A DNA stretch of 60,749 bases, filler included, from an uncultured bacterium (GTDB lineage Bacteria; CAYJOG01), in NCBI GenBank assembly GCA_964371695.1. It is 8 parts of 8 records of this genome, joined end to end, with 100 filler letters (N's around TTAATTAATTAA, not from the genome) between each part and the next. Parts side by side here need not be neighbours in the genome. Positions count along the whole stretch, not along the records: positions 38,177 to 45,653 come from CAYJOG010000131.1; positions 45,754 to 53,205 come from CAYJOG010000132.1; 6 more parts are not named here. The stretch is one strand, 5' to 3'. The notes beneath the pieces were generated by a model that made no database searches, had not been told where the DNA came from, and saw only the letters and a list, made by a program, of their open reading frames with translations. Every line of letters begins with the position of its first letter. Within the stretch, counting starts at the first letter, position 1. Shown here piece by piece: positions 40,752 through 50,366 of this stretch. A program made the translations under genes and the position numbers.

Positions 40752-41297
40752 TTGATTCCCACTCTCGCAAGCCCCAATCACAAGTGGTACATCATCCACA
40801 CCCTCTCCGGCCAGGAAGACAAGGTCAAGGCCACGCTGGAGCGCAAGCTGGGTTCAACCCCGGTGGGCCAGAGCGTGGACCAGATCATCATTCCCACCGA
40901 AGAACACATGGAACTGGTGCGCGGCAAGCGCAAGGTGGTCAAACGCAAGATTTATCCCGGCTACATCCTGATCAACATGAACTACAACCCCACCGTGTGG
41001 CACGTCATCAAGAGCACCCACGGCGTGATGGGGTTTCTGGGTGAGCGCGACAAACCCACGCCGTTGCCCGAAGGCGAGGCCAACAGCATTCTCAAACGGG
41101 CCGGGCTTTCCACCCCCAAGCTGCGCATTCACTGGAAGGTGGGCGACGGCGTGCGGGTGCTGCAAGGCCCCTTCGCCAGCTTCACCGGCATGGTCAAGGA
41201 ACTGGACGAACAAAAAGAGCGCGTCACCGTGCTGCTCACGTTCCTGGGCCGCGAAACCCCGGTGGAACTCAATTTTGACCAGATCGAACAGGTTTAA
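40752..41297 (+). CDS. nusG: Transcription factor NusG
   Basis: WYIIHTLSGQE, IYPGYIL, KOW motif GPFASFTG and GRETPVEL. Confidence 0.97.
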   Translation: MIPTLASPNHKWYIIHTLSGQEDKVKATLERKLGSTPVGQSVDQIIIPTEEHMELVRGKRKVVKRKIYPGYILINMNYNPTVWHVIKSTHGVMGFLGERDKPTPLPEGEANSILKRAGLSTPKLRIHWKVGDGVRVLQGPFASFTGMVKELDEQKERVTVLLTFLGRETPVELNFDQIEQV

Positions 41298-41321
41298 GGA
41301 AAAGAAACAAGGAGAAGCACC

Positions 41322-41774
41322 ATGGCGGCGCCCAAAAAAGGTAAAAAAGTCACTGGCTACATCAAGTTGCAGGTCGAAGGCGGCAAGGCCAACCCCGCCC
41401 CGCCCATCGGCCCGGCCCTGGGCCAGCACGGCCTGAACATCATGGAGTTCTGCAAGGCGTTCAACGAACGCACCAAAGAAAAGCAGGGTCAGCTCCTGCC
41501 GGTGGTCATCACCATTTACGCCGACAAGTCGTTCACCTTCGAAATCAAGACCCCGCCGGTGAGCTTTCTCATCAAGCAGGAACTCGCGATAAAAAGCGGC
41601 TCGCAAAAACCCGGACGCGACATCGTGGGCGCCATCACCCACGAGCAGATCCAGAAAATCGCCGAGAACAAGATGAAGGACATGAACACCGACAGCGTGA
41701 AATCGGCCATGAAAACCGTGGCGGGCACCGCCCGCAGCATGGGCCTGAGAATCCAGGGAGGAGCCTTGTCGTGA
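41322..41774 (+). CDS. rplK: 50S ribosomal protein L11
   Basis: [26 protein letters not shown] and GTARSMG. Confidence 0.98.
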   Translation: MAAPKKGKKVTGYIKLQVEGGKANPAPPIGPALGQHGLNIMEFCKAFNERTKEKQGQLLPVVITIYADKSFTFEIKTPPVSFLIKQELAIKSGSQKPGRDIVGAITHEQIQKIAENKMKDMNTDSVKSAMKTVAGTARSMGLRIQGGALS

Positions 41775-42469
41775 AAACCAGCAAACGCATGAAAGCCGCC
41801 TATGAAAAGGTGTCTGGCCTGACACCCACCGCCGAGCCGGTGGCCATTTTCAAGGCCATCAAAGAGGCCCCCGCCACCAAGTTTGACCAGACGGTGGAAG
41901 TGGCCGTGCGCCTGGGCATCAACTCCCAGAACGCCGACCAGCAGGTGCGCGGCACGCTTTCGCTGCCCCACGGCACGGGTCGCACGCCCCGCATTCTGGT
42001 GGTCACCAAGGGCGAAAAACTCAAAGAGGCAGAAGACGCCGGGGCAGACTTTGTCGGTTCTGATGAAATCCTCGAAAAGATTCAGGGCGGCTGGCTGGAC
42101 TTTGACATGATGATCGCCACCCCCGACATGATGCCCGTTCTGGGAAAGTTGGGTAAAGTGCTCGGCCCCCGCGGCCTCATGCCCAACGCCAAAAGCGGCA
42201 CCGTCACCGTCAACCTCAAAGAAGCCGTGGAAGATTTCAAGAAGGGCCGGGTGGAGTATCGCGCCGACAAGTTCGGCATTGTGGCGCTGCCCATCGGCAA
42301 GGTGTCCTTTTCTGAAGAAGCCCTGGCCGAGAACCTCGCCTCGGTCATGCGCACCCTGGTGCGGGTGCGGCCGTCCAGCTTCAAGGGCCAGTATGTGCGC
42401 ACCGTGTTTGTGAGCACCACCATGGGTCCCAGCGTGAAGCTCGACACCAACCTGGCCACAACACTGTAA
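41771..42469 (+). CDS. rplA: 50S ribosomal protein L1
   Basis: [22 protein letters not shown] and STTMGP. Confidence 0.98.
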   Translation: MKTSKRMKAAYEKVSGLTPTAEPVAIFKAIKEAPATKFDQTVEVAVRLGINSQNADQQVRGTLSLPHGTGRTPRILVVTKGEKLKEAEDAGADFVGSDEILEKIQGGWLDFDMMIATPDMMPVLGKLGKVLGPRGLMPNAKSGTVTVNLKEAVEDFKKGRVEYRADKFGIVALPIGKVSFSEEALAENLASVMRTLVRVRPSSFKGQYVRTVFVSTTMGPSVKLDTNLATTL

Positions 42470-42504
42470 AACGGAGTTTTTGCAACGACTGAATGACACA
42501 GCCC

Positions 42505-42620
42505 CTATACCCCACTGAAGAGAGCAGGTGCTTCGGCTTAATTTCCTGCGGAGGTGGCCACCGGGAAGTCTCTCGTGGACCACTTGGGCAAAAGGCGCAA
42601 GTTTCCACGAGAGGAGGTGA
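42505..42620 (+). promoter_or_regulatory. Ribosomal protein L10 leader
   Basis: GAAGAGAGCAGG..CTTAAT..CCTGCGGAGG resembles the L10-leader core; CTCTCGTGGA pairs with TCCACGAGAG, overlapping the SD sequence. Confidence 0.75.
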
Positions 42621-42625
42621 TTCCC

Positions 42626-43150
42626 ATTCCCATCACCAAAGCAAAAAAAGAAACCAGCATCGCTGAGCTGAAAACCATGGTGGACGGCGCAGCCGTGGTG
42701 CTGTTTGCCGACTACATGGGCCTGACAGTGAGCAAGGCCGGCGATCTGCGCAAGCAGCTCAAAGACAACGGCGCGCAGATGCGGGTGATCAAAAACACCC
42801 TGGCCCGCAAAACCTTTCAAGATCTTTCTGGCGCAGAAATCCCTGATGATTTCTGGCAAGGCCCCCTGGCGGTGGTCACCGGCAACGACGCGGTGCTCAC
42901 CACCAAAACCCTGCTGGCCTTTTTGAAAGAAGCCGAAGTCGGCTCAGTCAAGGCGGGCATCGCCGAAGGCGCGTTCGTAAACAAAGCCTACGTCGAAAAA
43001 CTCAGCCGCATGCCCAGCCGCGAAGAAAACCTCGCGCGCATTCTGGGGGCGCTCAAGTCCCCCGTCAGCAAGGTGCATTCCCAGCTTCGCTGGCCCATGC
43101 AAAAGCTCGTGCTCACGCTCAAAGCCGTGGGCGAAAAAAAGGCGTCCTAA
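42626..43150 (+). CDS. rplJ: 50S ribosomal protein L10 (probable ATT start)
   Basis: DYMGLTV, LRKQL, VIKNTLAR and MPSREE; SD GGAGGTGA lies 5 nt before ATT-CCC-ATC-ACC-AAA. Confidence 0.93.
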   Translation: MPITKAKKETSIAELKTMVDGAAVVLFADYMGLTVSKAGDLRKQLKDNGAQMRVIKNTLARKTFQDLSGAEIPDDFWQGPLAVVTGNDAVLTTKTLLAFLKEAEVGSVKAGIAEGAFVNKAYVEKLSRMPSREENLARILGALKSPVSKVHSQLRWPMQKLVLTLKAVGEKKAS

Positions 43151-43189
43151 GCGCCAACCCATTCAAAAAAACCTCTGGAGGAAATCAAC

Positions 43190-43567
43190 ATGTCTGCAAT
43201 CACCCCCGCTCAGGTGCTCGACGCCATTGACACCTGGACCATGGTCCAGGTCAACGAACTGGCCGAAGGCCTGCAAGACAAATATGGCGTGGCCGCCGTG
43301 GCCGCCGTGGCCGCTGGCCCCGCCGCCGCCGGCCCTGCCGAAGAAGTCGAAGAAAAAACCGAATTCAACGTGAAACTCACCGAAGTCGGCGAGAAGAAAA
43401 TCGATGTCATCAAGGCCGTGCGCCAGGTGACGGCACTGGGTCTGAAAGAAGCCAAAGACCTGGTGGAAAGCGCCCCCAGCGTGGTCAAAGAGGCCGTGAC
43501 CAAAGAAGAAGCCGCCACCATCAAGGCCGCCATCGAGGCCGCCGGCGGCAAGGTGACCGTGGAATAA
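43190..43567 (+). CDS. rplL: 50S ribosomal protein L7/L12
   Basis: Ala-rich hinge; [15 protein letters not shown] and [11 protein letters not shown]. Confidence 0.98.
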   Translation: MSAITPAQVLDAIDTWTMVQVNELAEGLQDKYGVAAVAAVAAGPAAAGPAEEVEEKTEFNVKLTEVGEKKIDVIKAVRQVTALGLKEAKDLVESAPSVVKEAVTKEEAATIKAAIEAAGGKVTVE

Positions 43568-43599
43568 TCCCGGTCCCGGAAATCTGTTTTGTCAAAAGG

Positions 43600-43630
43600 A
43601 GCGGCGGTGAGAACACCGCCGCTTTTTTTT
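43600..43630 (+). terminator. Intrinsic terminator after rplL
   Basis: AGCGGCGGTG-AGAA-CACCGCCGCT followed by a T run. Confidence 0.85.
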
Positions 43631-43644
43631 GGTAGGCTTTTGAC

Positions 43645-43953
43645 ATGCAACTCGTCATCGCTTACATCCGCCCCAACTCCGTGCGCAAGGTGGAACACGC
43701 CGTGGGGGTCCACGGCATTGACAGCATGACCATCCTCGAAGGCCGGGGCATGGGCGAGCAGGGGGGCGGGCGCATCGACAACATTCCCCGCGTGAAGCTC
43801 GAAATGGTGGTGCCCGGCGAAAAGGTGACCGTGGTGGTGCAGGCCATTCTGGAGGCCGCCCACACGGGCCAGCCCGGCGATGGTCTGGTGATCACTCACC
43901 GCCTGGACGGGGCCTGGAAAATTCGCACCAAGGAACCGTATTCGATTGGATAG
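43645..43953 (+). CDS. P-II family protein with shortened T-loop
   Basis: IAYIRP, GRGMGEQ, PRVKLE, TGQPGDG and KIRT. Confidence 0.88.
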   Translation: MQLVIAYIRPNSVRKVEHAVGVHGIDSMTILEGRGMGEQGGGRIDNIPRVKLEMVVPGEKVTVVVQAILEAAHTGQPGDGLVITHRLDGAWKIRTKEPYSIG

Positions 43954-44770
43954 AACCCATCTCATGGGTATTGATGAGATGAGGTCCAAGCCGCCGCCGC
44001 CTGCTGGTCTGGGCATGGTTATCTGGGGGCGCTGGACTGAAAAACAGGTCACCCTGCACTGGACCCGCGAGCCGCAGCGGTCACGGGCGTGGCACCGGGC
44101 GGTGAATCAACACTGGCGGCAGATGCGCCAGGCCCTGCCGTTTGTTTATGACGCGCCCCTGGCGGCGCTGCGGGAGGCCCAGGCTGAGGGCGGGCAGTTG
44201 TCCCTCACCTTCAGCCCCAGCCGTTATCGCTACACCGCCGTGACGCATCAGCCGGATGCCCGGCGGTGGCTGAAGGAATATGGCCCCCAGGGGCTGGGTC
44301 AGGGCGTGGCTTGCGCGCTGTCGCTGGTGTGTCCCCAGGGGCTGGTGCTGGCCCAGCGCAGCCAGCGGGTGATGGGGGGCCAGGGCCTGTGGCACCCCAT
44401 CGCCGGTCATTTCGACCCGCTGACCCACATGGACCCAAAGGGCCGCCCCAGCCCGTTCATCACGGTGCTGCACGAAGTGGCGGAAGAAACGGGTCTGCGG
44501 CCCCGCGAACTGAAAAACCTGACATTGGTGGGGGTGCAGCATCACCCCCGCACACAAAAACCGGAGCTGCATTTTTGGGCCACCACACCGCTTTCTTTTT
44601 CAGAAATCCACCGCCGCGCCCAAAACGCCGCCGACGCCCACGAACACGCGGCGCTGGGGGTGTTTGACCCGGCGGCCCGTGCGGTGCTTTTGTCTCATCG
44701 CCGCACCGCCACGCCCGTGGCACTCGCCTGCCTCTGGCTGACAAACAAGCTTGAAGAAAATTCCGGCTGA
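43946..44770 (+). CDS. Nudix hydrolase (start uncertain)
   Basis: AGHFD...LHEVAEETGL Nudix box. Confidence 0.7.
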   Translation: MDRTHLMGIDEMRSKPPPPAGLGMVIWGRWTEKQVTLHWTREPQRSRAWHRAVNQHWRQMRQALPFVYDAPLAALREAQAEGGQLSLTFSPSRYRYTAVTHQPDARRWLKEYGPQGLGQGVACALSLVCPQGLVLAQRSQRVMGGQGLWHPIAGHFDPLTHMDPKGRPSPFITVLHEVAEETGLRPRELKNLTLVGVQHHPRTQKPELHFWATTPLSFSEIHRRAQNAADAHEHAALGVFDPAARAVLLSHRRTATPVALACLWLTNKLEENSG

Positions 44771-44787
44771 AGTCAGAATCCCGCGTT

Positions 44788-45513
44788 ATGTCAGGGCATT
44801 CAAAGTGGAGCAAAATCAAACGCAAAAAAGGCGCAGAAGACGCCAAGCGCAGCGTTATCTTCAGCAAGCTCATCCGTGAGATTCACGCTGCCGCACGGCA
44901 GGGTGGGGGAGACGAAAACATGAACCCGCGTCTGCGCACGGTGCTGGACAAGGCCCGCGCCGTGAACATGCCCGCCGACAACATCAAGCGCGCCCTGGCC
45001 AAGGCCGAGGCAGGGGCCGACGGCGCGGAGTATGTGGAAATGCTTTATGAAGGTTTCGGGCCAGAGGGCGTGGCGATATTGGTGGAAAGCCTGACCGACA
45101 ACAAAAACCGCACCGTGGCCGATCTGCGCCACATCTTCAACAAGAACAATGGCACCCTGGGCGACAGCGGCTGCGTGGCGTATCTTTTCACCCGTGTGGG
45201 CCAGTGTACGGTGCCGCCGGGCAAAGACCGCGACGCCGCCGAACTGGCCCTGATGGAAGCCGGGGCCATGGACATAGAAGAGGGCGAAGAGGGCCTGGAC
45301 GTGACTGTGGCGGTGGAAGATTTTGAAGCCTTCAAAAAAGCCATGGACGCCGCTGGCATGAAGATGCAGGACGCGGAACTGGCCTATCAGGCAAACACCA
45401 GTCTCACGCTTGCGCCCGCCGCCGCCGAAAAAGTGCTGCGCCTGGTGGATGCCCTGGAGGACAATGAAGACGTGCAGGCCGTGTGGGCCAATTTCGAGAG
45501 CGCGGAGGAGTAG
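44788..45513 (+). CDS. yebC: YebC/PmpR family protein
   Basis: MSGHSKWSKIKRKK, NPRLR, YEGFGP, TDNKNRT and EDVQAVWAN. Confidence 0.96.
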   Translation: MSGHSKWSKIKRKKGAEDAKRSVIFSKLIREIHAAARQGGGDENMNPRLRTVLDKARAVNMPADNIKRALAKAEAGADGAEYVEMLYEGFGPEGVAILVESLTDNKNRTVADLRHIFNKNNGTLGDSGCVAYLFTRVGQCTVPPGKDRDAAELALMEAGAMDIEEGEEGLDVTVAVEDFEAFKKAMDAAGMKMQDAELAYQANTSLTLAPAAAEKVLRLVDALEDNEDVQAVWANFESAEE

Positions 45514-45570
45514 GGCGCTCACATATTTGGGTAAGGGGGCGGGTGGTTCCAAAGAAATGCCGTCACCTCC

Positions 45571-45653
45571 GCGTCATTCCCGTGAAGGCGGGAATCAATA
45601 GCACAGGCATCCTGCCTGTGAAAAAAAACCACCTTATTCCCCTCTCCCCTTTA
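45571..45653. repeat. REP-like cluster truncated at the contig end
   Basis: CGTCATTCCCGTGAAGGCGGGAATC, ACAGGCATCCTGCCTGT and AAAAAACCACCTTATTCCCTCTCCCC (the last also at ~14296). Confidence 0.75.
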
Positions 45654-45863
45654 NNNNNNNNNNNNNNNNNNNNNNNNNNNNNNNNNNNNNNNNNNNNTTA
45701 ATTAATTAANNNNNNNNNNNNNNNNNNNNNNNNNNNNNNNNNNNNNNNNNNNNTTTGCCTGCGCCGCGCCGGGCCGCAGCCGTTCACGACGAACGGCAAG
45801 GCCAATCAATCCAATGAACATTCCTGCTGTTTTGAATGTTCATTGGTATTATTACGTCCACGT

Positions 45864-46748
45864 CTACTCCGAAAATGCTCTAAAGCCCATGCCCAGGTTC
45901 AACATGCCGCGCCACCAGCGGCCCACCGGCAAAAACCCCGCCTCGGCCAGGGGCAGACGGCCCCCAGCGGCAGGCAACAGCGCGCCCACGCTGGCCCTGG
46001 GCTTGAGCAGCGCGGCGGATCTGGCCCGGAGTTTCTCGCGGTTGGTTTCTTCTTCGGCCCCCGCAAACGAAACAGGTTTCAGCAGGTCCGCCGAGGCGAG
46101 GCCGCCGGGGCCGGGTTCGCCGGCGTTGAGCGCGCCGGGCAGGCGAAATTCATAAAGCACATAAGGCTCGCGCCACAGGCCCCACAACTGCGGGTGCAGC
46201 CAGGCGAACGACACCTCGCCCCAGCGGAACACCCTGGCTCCCTGGGCCTGTTTCAGCGACACCCACGGCTCTTTGCGCGCCGCCGCCCAGAACCCCCCGC
46301 CCGTGGCGTGAATGGCGCTCCAGTGATAATCGCCGCTGTCGAGCGCCACGGCGAACATCACCAGAAAGCGGTCTTTTTTGCCGTCGAACGACACCCCCTG
46401 ATAACACGTCCGCCCCGCCGCCGCGCTGTGGAACCCCCGCCGGTTTTTGGCAAAGGCGGCCCGCAGCCCCTGGGCGGCTTTTTGCACCGAGGCGTCCACA
46501 CCAACGTTGGCGCTGCCCAGAATGGTGCCGAACACATAGTGCTGGCCCTTGGCGGCCTGATACCACCCCTTGGCGAAACAAGGCCCCCGCTGGGCCGCCT
46601 GGGCCTGTGCCCCAAGGGGCGAAAGCCCCAGCGCCAGCGACAGCAATAAACCCAGCCCGGCCACAAGCACGCCCATCCGCCGCCCCAACGCCGCCGTTTT
46701 GGGCAAAGCGGTGCAGTCGCTAAAAAATGGCGAGGGTTCTATTTTCAT
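45864..46748 (-). CDS. Hypothetical exported protein
   Basis: Signal peptide ending LGAQA; aromatic-rich mature region; start uncertain. Confidence 0.55.
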   Translation of the reverse strand: MKIEPSPFFSDCTALPKTAALGRRMGVLVAGLGLLLSLALGLSPLGAQAQAAQRGPCFAKGWYQAAKGQHYVFGTILGSANVGVDASVQKAAQGLRAAFAKNRRGFHSAAAGRTCYQGVSFDGKKDRFLVMFAVALDSGDYHWSAIHATGGGFWAAARKEPWVSLKQAQGARVFRWGEVSFAWLHPQLWGLWREPYVLYEFRLPGALNAGEPGPGGLASADLLKPVSFAGAEEETNREKLRARSAALLKPRASVGALLPAAGGRLPLAEAGFLPVGRWWRGMLNLGMGFRAFSE

Positions 46749-46813
46749 CGTGTCTGGTTGTGGTTTCCCAACATAATTATTGGTGGTGTCGGCCAATTCG
46801 TCAGGGGGTAAAT

Positions 46814-48409
46814 TCAGGCTGTGGCCACGGGCGTTTTTTCGGTCCCCGGCAGGCCCGCCTGCCACGGCACCACCTTGAGCTGGCGCAACCGGCGCTGGCC
46901 CCTTATGAGTTTGGCCAGGCGGCCTTCGTCGCCCCGGTTGCCCACCACCGCCCACAGGTCGCGCCACAGGCGGGCCGGATAACGCAGGTAACTCACGGCG
47001 AAAAAACTCAGCAGGCAAAACACCACAAACCACCGCAGGCCCCTGTCGCCCAGCACGTCGCTGTAAGACGCATTCCTGCCGATGGCGAACCAGTGGTAGA
47101 TGTCGTCATATTTCGCGTCGCCCGCCTTGATGCGCCCTTTGGCCAGCAGGTGGTGATATTCCTCGGTGCCGGGCAGGGGCACAAAACTGTGCACGCTCAT
47201 TTCGCGGAACCCCAGCCACGCGGCCTTGAGCACCAGTTTGTAACTGTTTATCAGGCTCTGGCGCGTTTCACAGGGAAACCCCACCATCACAAAACCCCCC
47301 ACCCGAATGCCCGCCCTGAGCGCCGCCTGGCCCGCCACAAACTGGGCCTTTGTGTTCACCCGTTTCTTCACGGCATCCAGCACGGCGGCGTCGCCCGACT
47401 CAAAAGGCAAGGCGAAGTTGCTGCACCCGGCCCGCGCCATAGCCTGGGCGGTTTCTTCGTCGATGGCCTCGCTGCGGGTGCCGGTGGGGAACTGCCAGGT
47501 GCATTTCAGCCCCGCCTTGTGGATTTCCTGGCAAAAGTCCAGCACCCAGCGTTTGCGCAGCACGGCGGTGAGGTCCTGAAACTGAAAATCCACCGCGCCG
47601 TAATCTCGCTGGTAACCGGCCATTTCGGCCACCACCTGGGCGGGGTCGCGGGCCACCCATTTGGTGGTCCACATGTTGGGGCTGGTGCAGAAGGTGCATT
47701 GATAGGGGCAGCCCCGCGTGGCCAGGATGGGCATGTAATGGCCGTGCCAGGCCCCGGTGCCGCAGCGCTGGGCAAAATAATTATCGAGGGGAATGCCGCG
47801 CCAGTCGGGCGGGGGAATGTCGTCTACCGATTTCACCCGCGCCCGCCGCCCCTCGTTCTGCAGCGCGCCGGTTTCGTCCCTCCAGCACAGGCCCGGCAGG
47901 CCCCGCAGCAGGCCACCGGCCACCGCCTCGGCGGGGTCGGCCTGTGCCCCCAGCAGGCCAAACAGGGCCTGGGCGGTTTCTTCGCCCTCGCCCGTCACCA
48001 CCACCTGCACGGGTGATTCCGCAAACACCGTTTCGGTCATGGCGGTGGCGTGTTCCCCCCCCAGCACCAGCAGCAGATCGGGCCGGTGCTGGTGCAGCGC
48101 CGCCAAAAGCTCGCGCATCAGGGGCCAGGTGCTGGAGAACATGCAGGTGACGCCCAGCACCTTGAGAGAGGGGGGCAGGCGCGTGAGGATTTCGCCAAAG
48201 GTGAGGCCCCGGTAATCCCGGCCATCCAGCGCCCAGCGTTGGTCCAGCCCCTCGCCCAGGGCGTCCACCATCAATGGCTCCAGACCCACGGCCCGCAGCG
48301 AAGAAGACAGATAGGCCATCCACAGGGGCGGCATGGCGTTGCCGCTGCCGGGGTTGTGGGGCGAAATGCGAAACGGCGGATTCAGCAGCGCCACCGTGGG
48401 AGAAGACAT
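46814..48409 (-). CDS. Cobalamin-binding radical SAM protein
   Basis: LLNPP, PLWMAYL and LGGEHAT B12-binding domain; TRGCPYQCTFC; MVGFPCET. Confidence 0.9.
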   Translation of the reverse strand: MSSPTVALLNPPFRISPHNPGSGNAMPPLWMAYLSSSLRAVGLEPLMVDALGEGLDQRWALDGRDYRGLTFGEILTRLPPSLKVLGVTCMFSSTWPLMRELLAALHQHRPDLLLVLGGEHATAMTETVFAESPVQVVVTGEGEETAQALFGLLGAQADPAEAVAGGLLRGLPGLCWRDETGALQNEGRRARVKSVDDIPPPDWRGIPLDNYFAQRCGTGAWHGHYMPILATRGCPYQCTFCTSPNMWTTKWVARDPAQVVAEMAGYQRDYGAVDFQFQDLTAVLRKRWVLDFCQEIHKAGLKCTWQFPTGTRSEAIDEETAQAMARAGCSNFALPFESGDAAVLDAVKKRVNTKAQFVAGQAALRAGIRVGGFVMVGFPCETRQSLINSYKLVLKAAWLGFREMSVHSFVPLPGTEEYHHLLAKGRIKAGDAKYDDIYHWFAIGRNASYSDVLGDRGLRWFVVFCLLSFFAVSYLRYPARLWRDLWAVVGNRGDEGRLAKLIRGQRRLRQLKVVPWQAGLPGTEKTPVATA

Positions 48410-48489
48410 GGCCTGATTTTAACGCGGCCACGACAAAACCGGCGGCGGGAAGGAAAAAAGGGAAGTCGGCGGTTGGCCGCCGGGGGTTT

Positions 48490-49014
48490 TTATTTCCCCA
48501 CGCCGCTGCCCTGTTCGATTTCGCCCACCAGGGCCTCGAACAGCACCATCATGTCCTGGTTGGCGCGGCGCAGGCGCTGGGAGAGAATGTTGCCCAGCCT
48601 GCGGGTGATCTCCAGCCCCACGTCGGGCATTTCGTTGCCCAGCTTGAGGAAGTTCTCGCGGTTGAGCGACAGGCAGGTGCAGGCGGTTTCGGCCAGCACG
48701 GTGGCGCTGCGCTTGTCGGCGTCCAGCAGGGCCAGTTCACCAAAAAAGATGGTGTTTTTTTCGTTGCTGGAAAGCCGCACCAGGGTGTATTGCTCGTCGG
48801 CCATGGTGCGTTTGAGAATCACCACGGTGCCCGATTGCAGAATCATCAGTTCGTCGCCCTGCTCGCCCTCTTTGATGATGGTGTCGCCCGCTGCGTAATG
48901 GTGGGCCACAAGGTCTTTGGCGATGCGCATGAGCACGGCGGGGTTTTCCTTGAGGAAATCCAGCAGGGACACCGTGGACAGAAGCTGAATGGTTTTGTCA
49001 TCAAGGCTGAGCAT
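48490..49014 (-). CDS. Stand-alone cyclic nucleotide-binding domain protein
   Basis: IIKEGEQGDELMIL.SGTV and FFGELALL...RSATV; no HTH domain. Confidence 0.92.
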   Translation of the reverse strand: MLSLDDKTIQLLSTVSLLDFLKENPAVLMRIAKDLVAHHYAAGDTIIKEGEQGDELMILQSGTVVILKRTMADEQYTLVRLSSNEKNTIFFGELALLDADKRSATVLAETACTCLSLNRENFLKLGNEMPDVGLEITRRLGNILSQRLRRANQDMMVLFEALVGEIEQGSGVGK

Positions 49015-49056
49015 GAGACACCCCTGGACGGCGGCAGACCAACGAAAAGCCGCCTG

Positions 49057-50325
49057 TCAGGCCCCCCTCTCTCCCGGCTTGGCGTGCCGAAAAACAACGA
49101 TGGCGCTGCTGTGGCTGGGCACGACATAATCGGGGCCTGGGTTGATGATTGGGCGGTTGGGCACCATCTGCTTGACGATTTGCAGATTCCGCACCAGCTT
49201 GCTGATGTCCGGTTCCTTTTGGGCCTCGCGCAGCGCTTCGCTTTTTCGGTGGTAGACATTGCCCACGTTTTCGAGGATGCCGATCAGCAGGTGGCCTTCG
49301 TTGTCGTGCATAAAAGTCATCAGATCCCGAAATGGCCTGTCCACGAATTCCTGGGGATAAGGGATCACTTTCAGTCCCACATGATTCACGTCAATGAGAT
49401 CGCGGATGACCTGACTCACGCCTGAGCCGGTGGAAGCGTTGGCCAGCAGTGTGCGGCTGTAGGCCTGCGACATGATGATTTCATCCGCCCCGGAAAGCCG
49501 CAGGTGTTTTTCCAGCTTTTCGTCCAGCAGTTCGGCGCAGATGTAAAGATCCCGGCTCAGGTTGCGCAGCGACAACACCGCCGTCAGTGTTCGGCTGTCG
49601 ATTTCCTGCGCGGTGGCGCTGGGGTTGGGCATGTCGGCAAACACCAGCGCGGTTTTGGCGCGGCCTGCGTCGGCTCTGGCCAGAACCTGATCATCGTTGA
49701 ATTCCCCGTGGACAAAATTGACGCCCTTGAGCCGGGGAATGGATCGGACGCTGTCCATCACGGCGGGGTCTGCGTTATGCACCAGCACAACCTGTTCGGG
49801 CAGCAGGCCGTGGTTGAGCTGCAGGATGTTTTCCAGGATGGTGGCCATCTCCGGCTTGTAACCACAAATAAGATAATGTTCCTGCATGCGATAACTCATG
49901 AGTCCCTTGCTCTCGCGCACGGTCTGCTCCACCAGGTAAGACGCGATGTTGGCCGTTATGGTACTTACGCTGACCACGCCTACAAACATCAGGCACATGG
50001 CCAGGATGCGCCCCGGCGAAGAACGGGGGGTGATGTCACCATAACCAGTGCCTGTCACCGTGGTGACGGTGTAATAAATCGTATCGATGGAATTGTGAAA
50101 AAGGGAATCCTTGCCGCCAACTTCCACCTGCAGAACCAGGATTCCGATGACAAACCAGAGGCTGACAAAAATGATGGGAAACTTGAATTTCGGATTTTTC
50201 CAGACCAGGCGCACTGGCCGGAACAGCAGACGGTCCAGATGTTGAACCGTCTGTTCACTGGGCGTGACAGCCCTCAGAGCGGCCTTCAGCCTTGCCTTGA
50301 ACTGGCGGGTTCTTTCCTGGAGCAT
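49057..50325 (-). CDS. Two-TM potassium channel family protein with RCK domain
   Basis: TM-pore(TVTGTGYGD)-TM architecture followed by an HYLICGY RCK/TrkA-N domain. Confidence 0.9.
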   Translation of the reverse strand: MLQERTRQFKARLKAALRAVTPSEQTVQHLDRLLFRPVRLVWKNPKFKFPIIFVSLWFVIGILVLQVEVGGKDSLFHNSIDTIYYTVTTVTGTGYGDITPRSSPGRILAMCLMFVGVVSVSTITANIASYLVEQTVRESKGLMSYRMQEHYLICGYKPEMATILENILQLNHGLLPEQVVLVHNADPAVMDSVRSIPRLKGVNFVHGEFNDDQVLARADAGRAKTALVFADMPNPSATAQEIDSRTLTAVLSLRNLSRDLYICAELLDEKLEKHLRLSGADEIIMSQAYSRTLLANASTGSGVSQVIRDLIDVNHVGLKVIPYPQEFVDRPFRDLMTFMHDNEGHLLIGILENVGNVYHRKSEALREAQKEPDISKLVRNLQIVKQMVPNRPIINPGPDYVVPSHSSAIVVFRHAKPGERGA

Positions 50326-50366
50326 GACATGAGAATACAACGTCCCCGGAGGGAGGCAGAAGGGCG

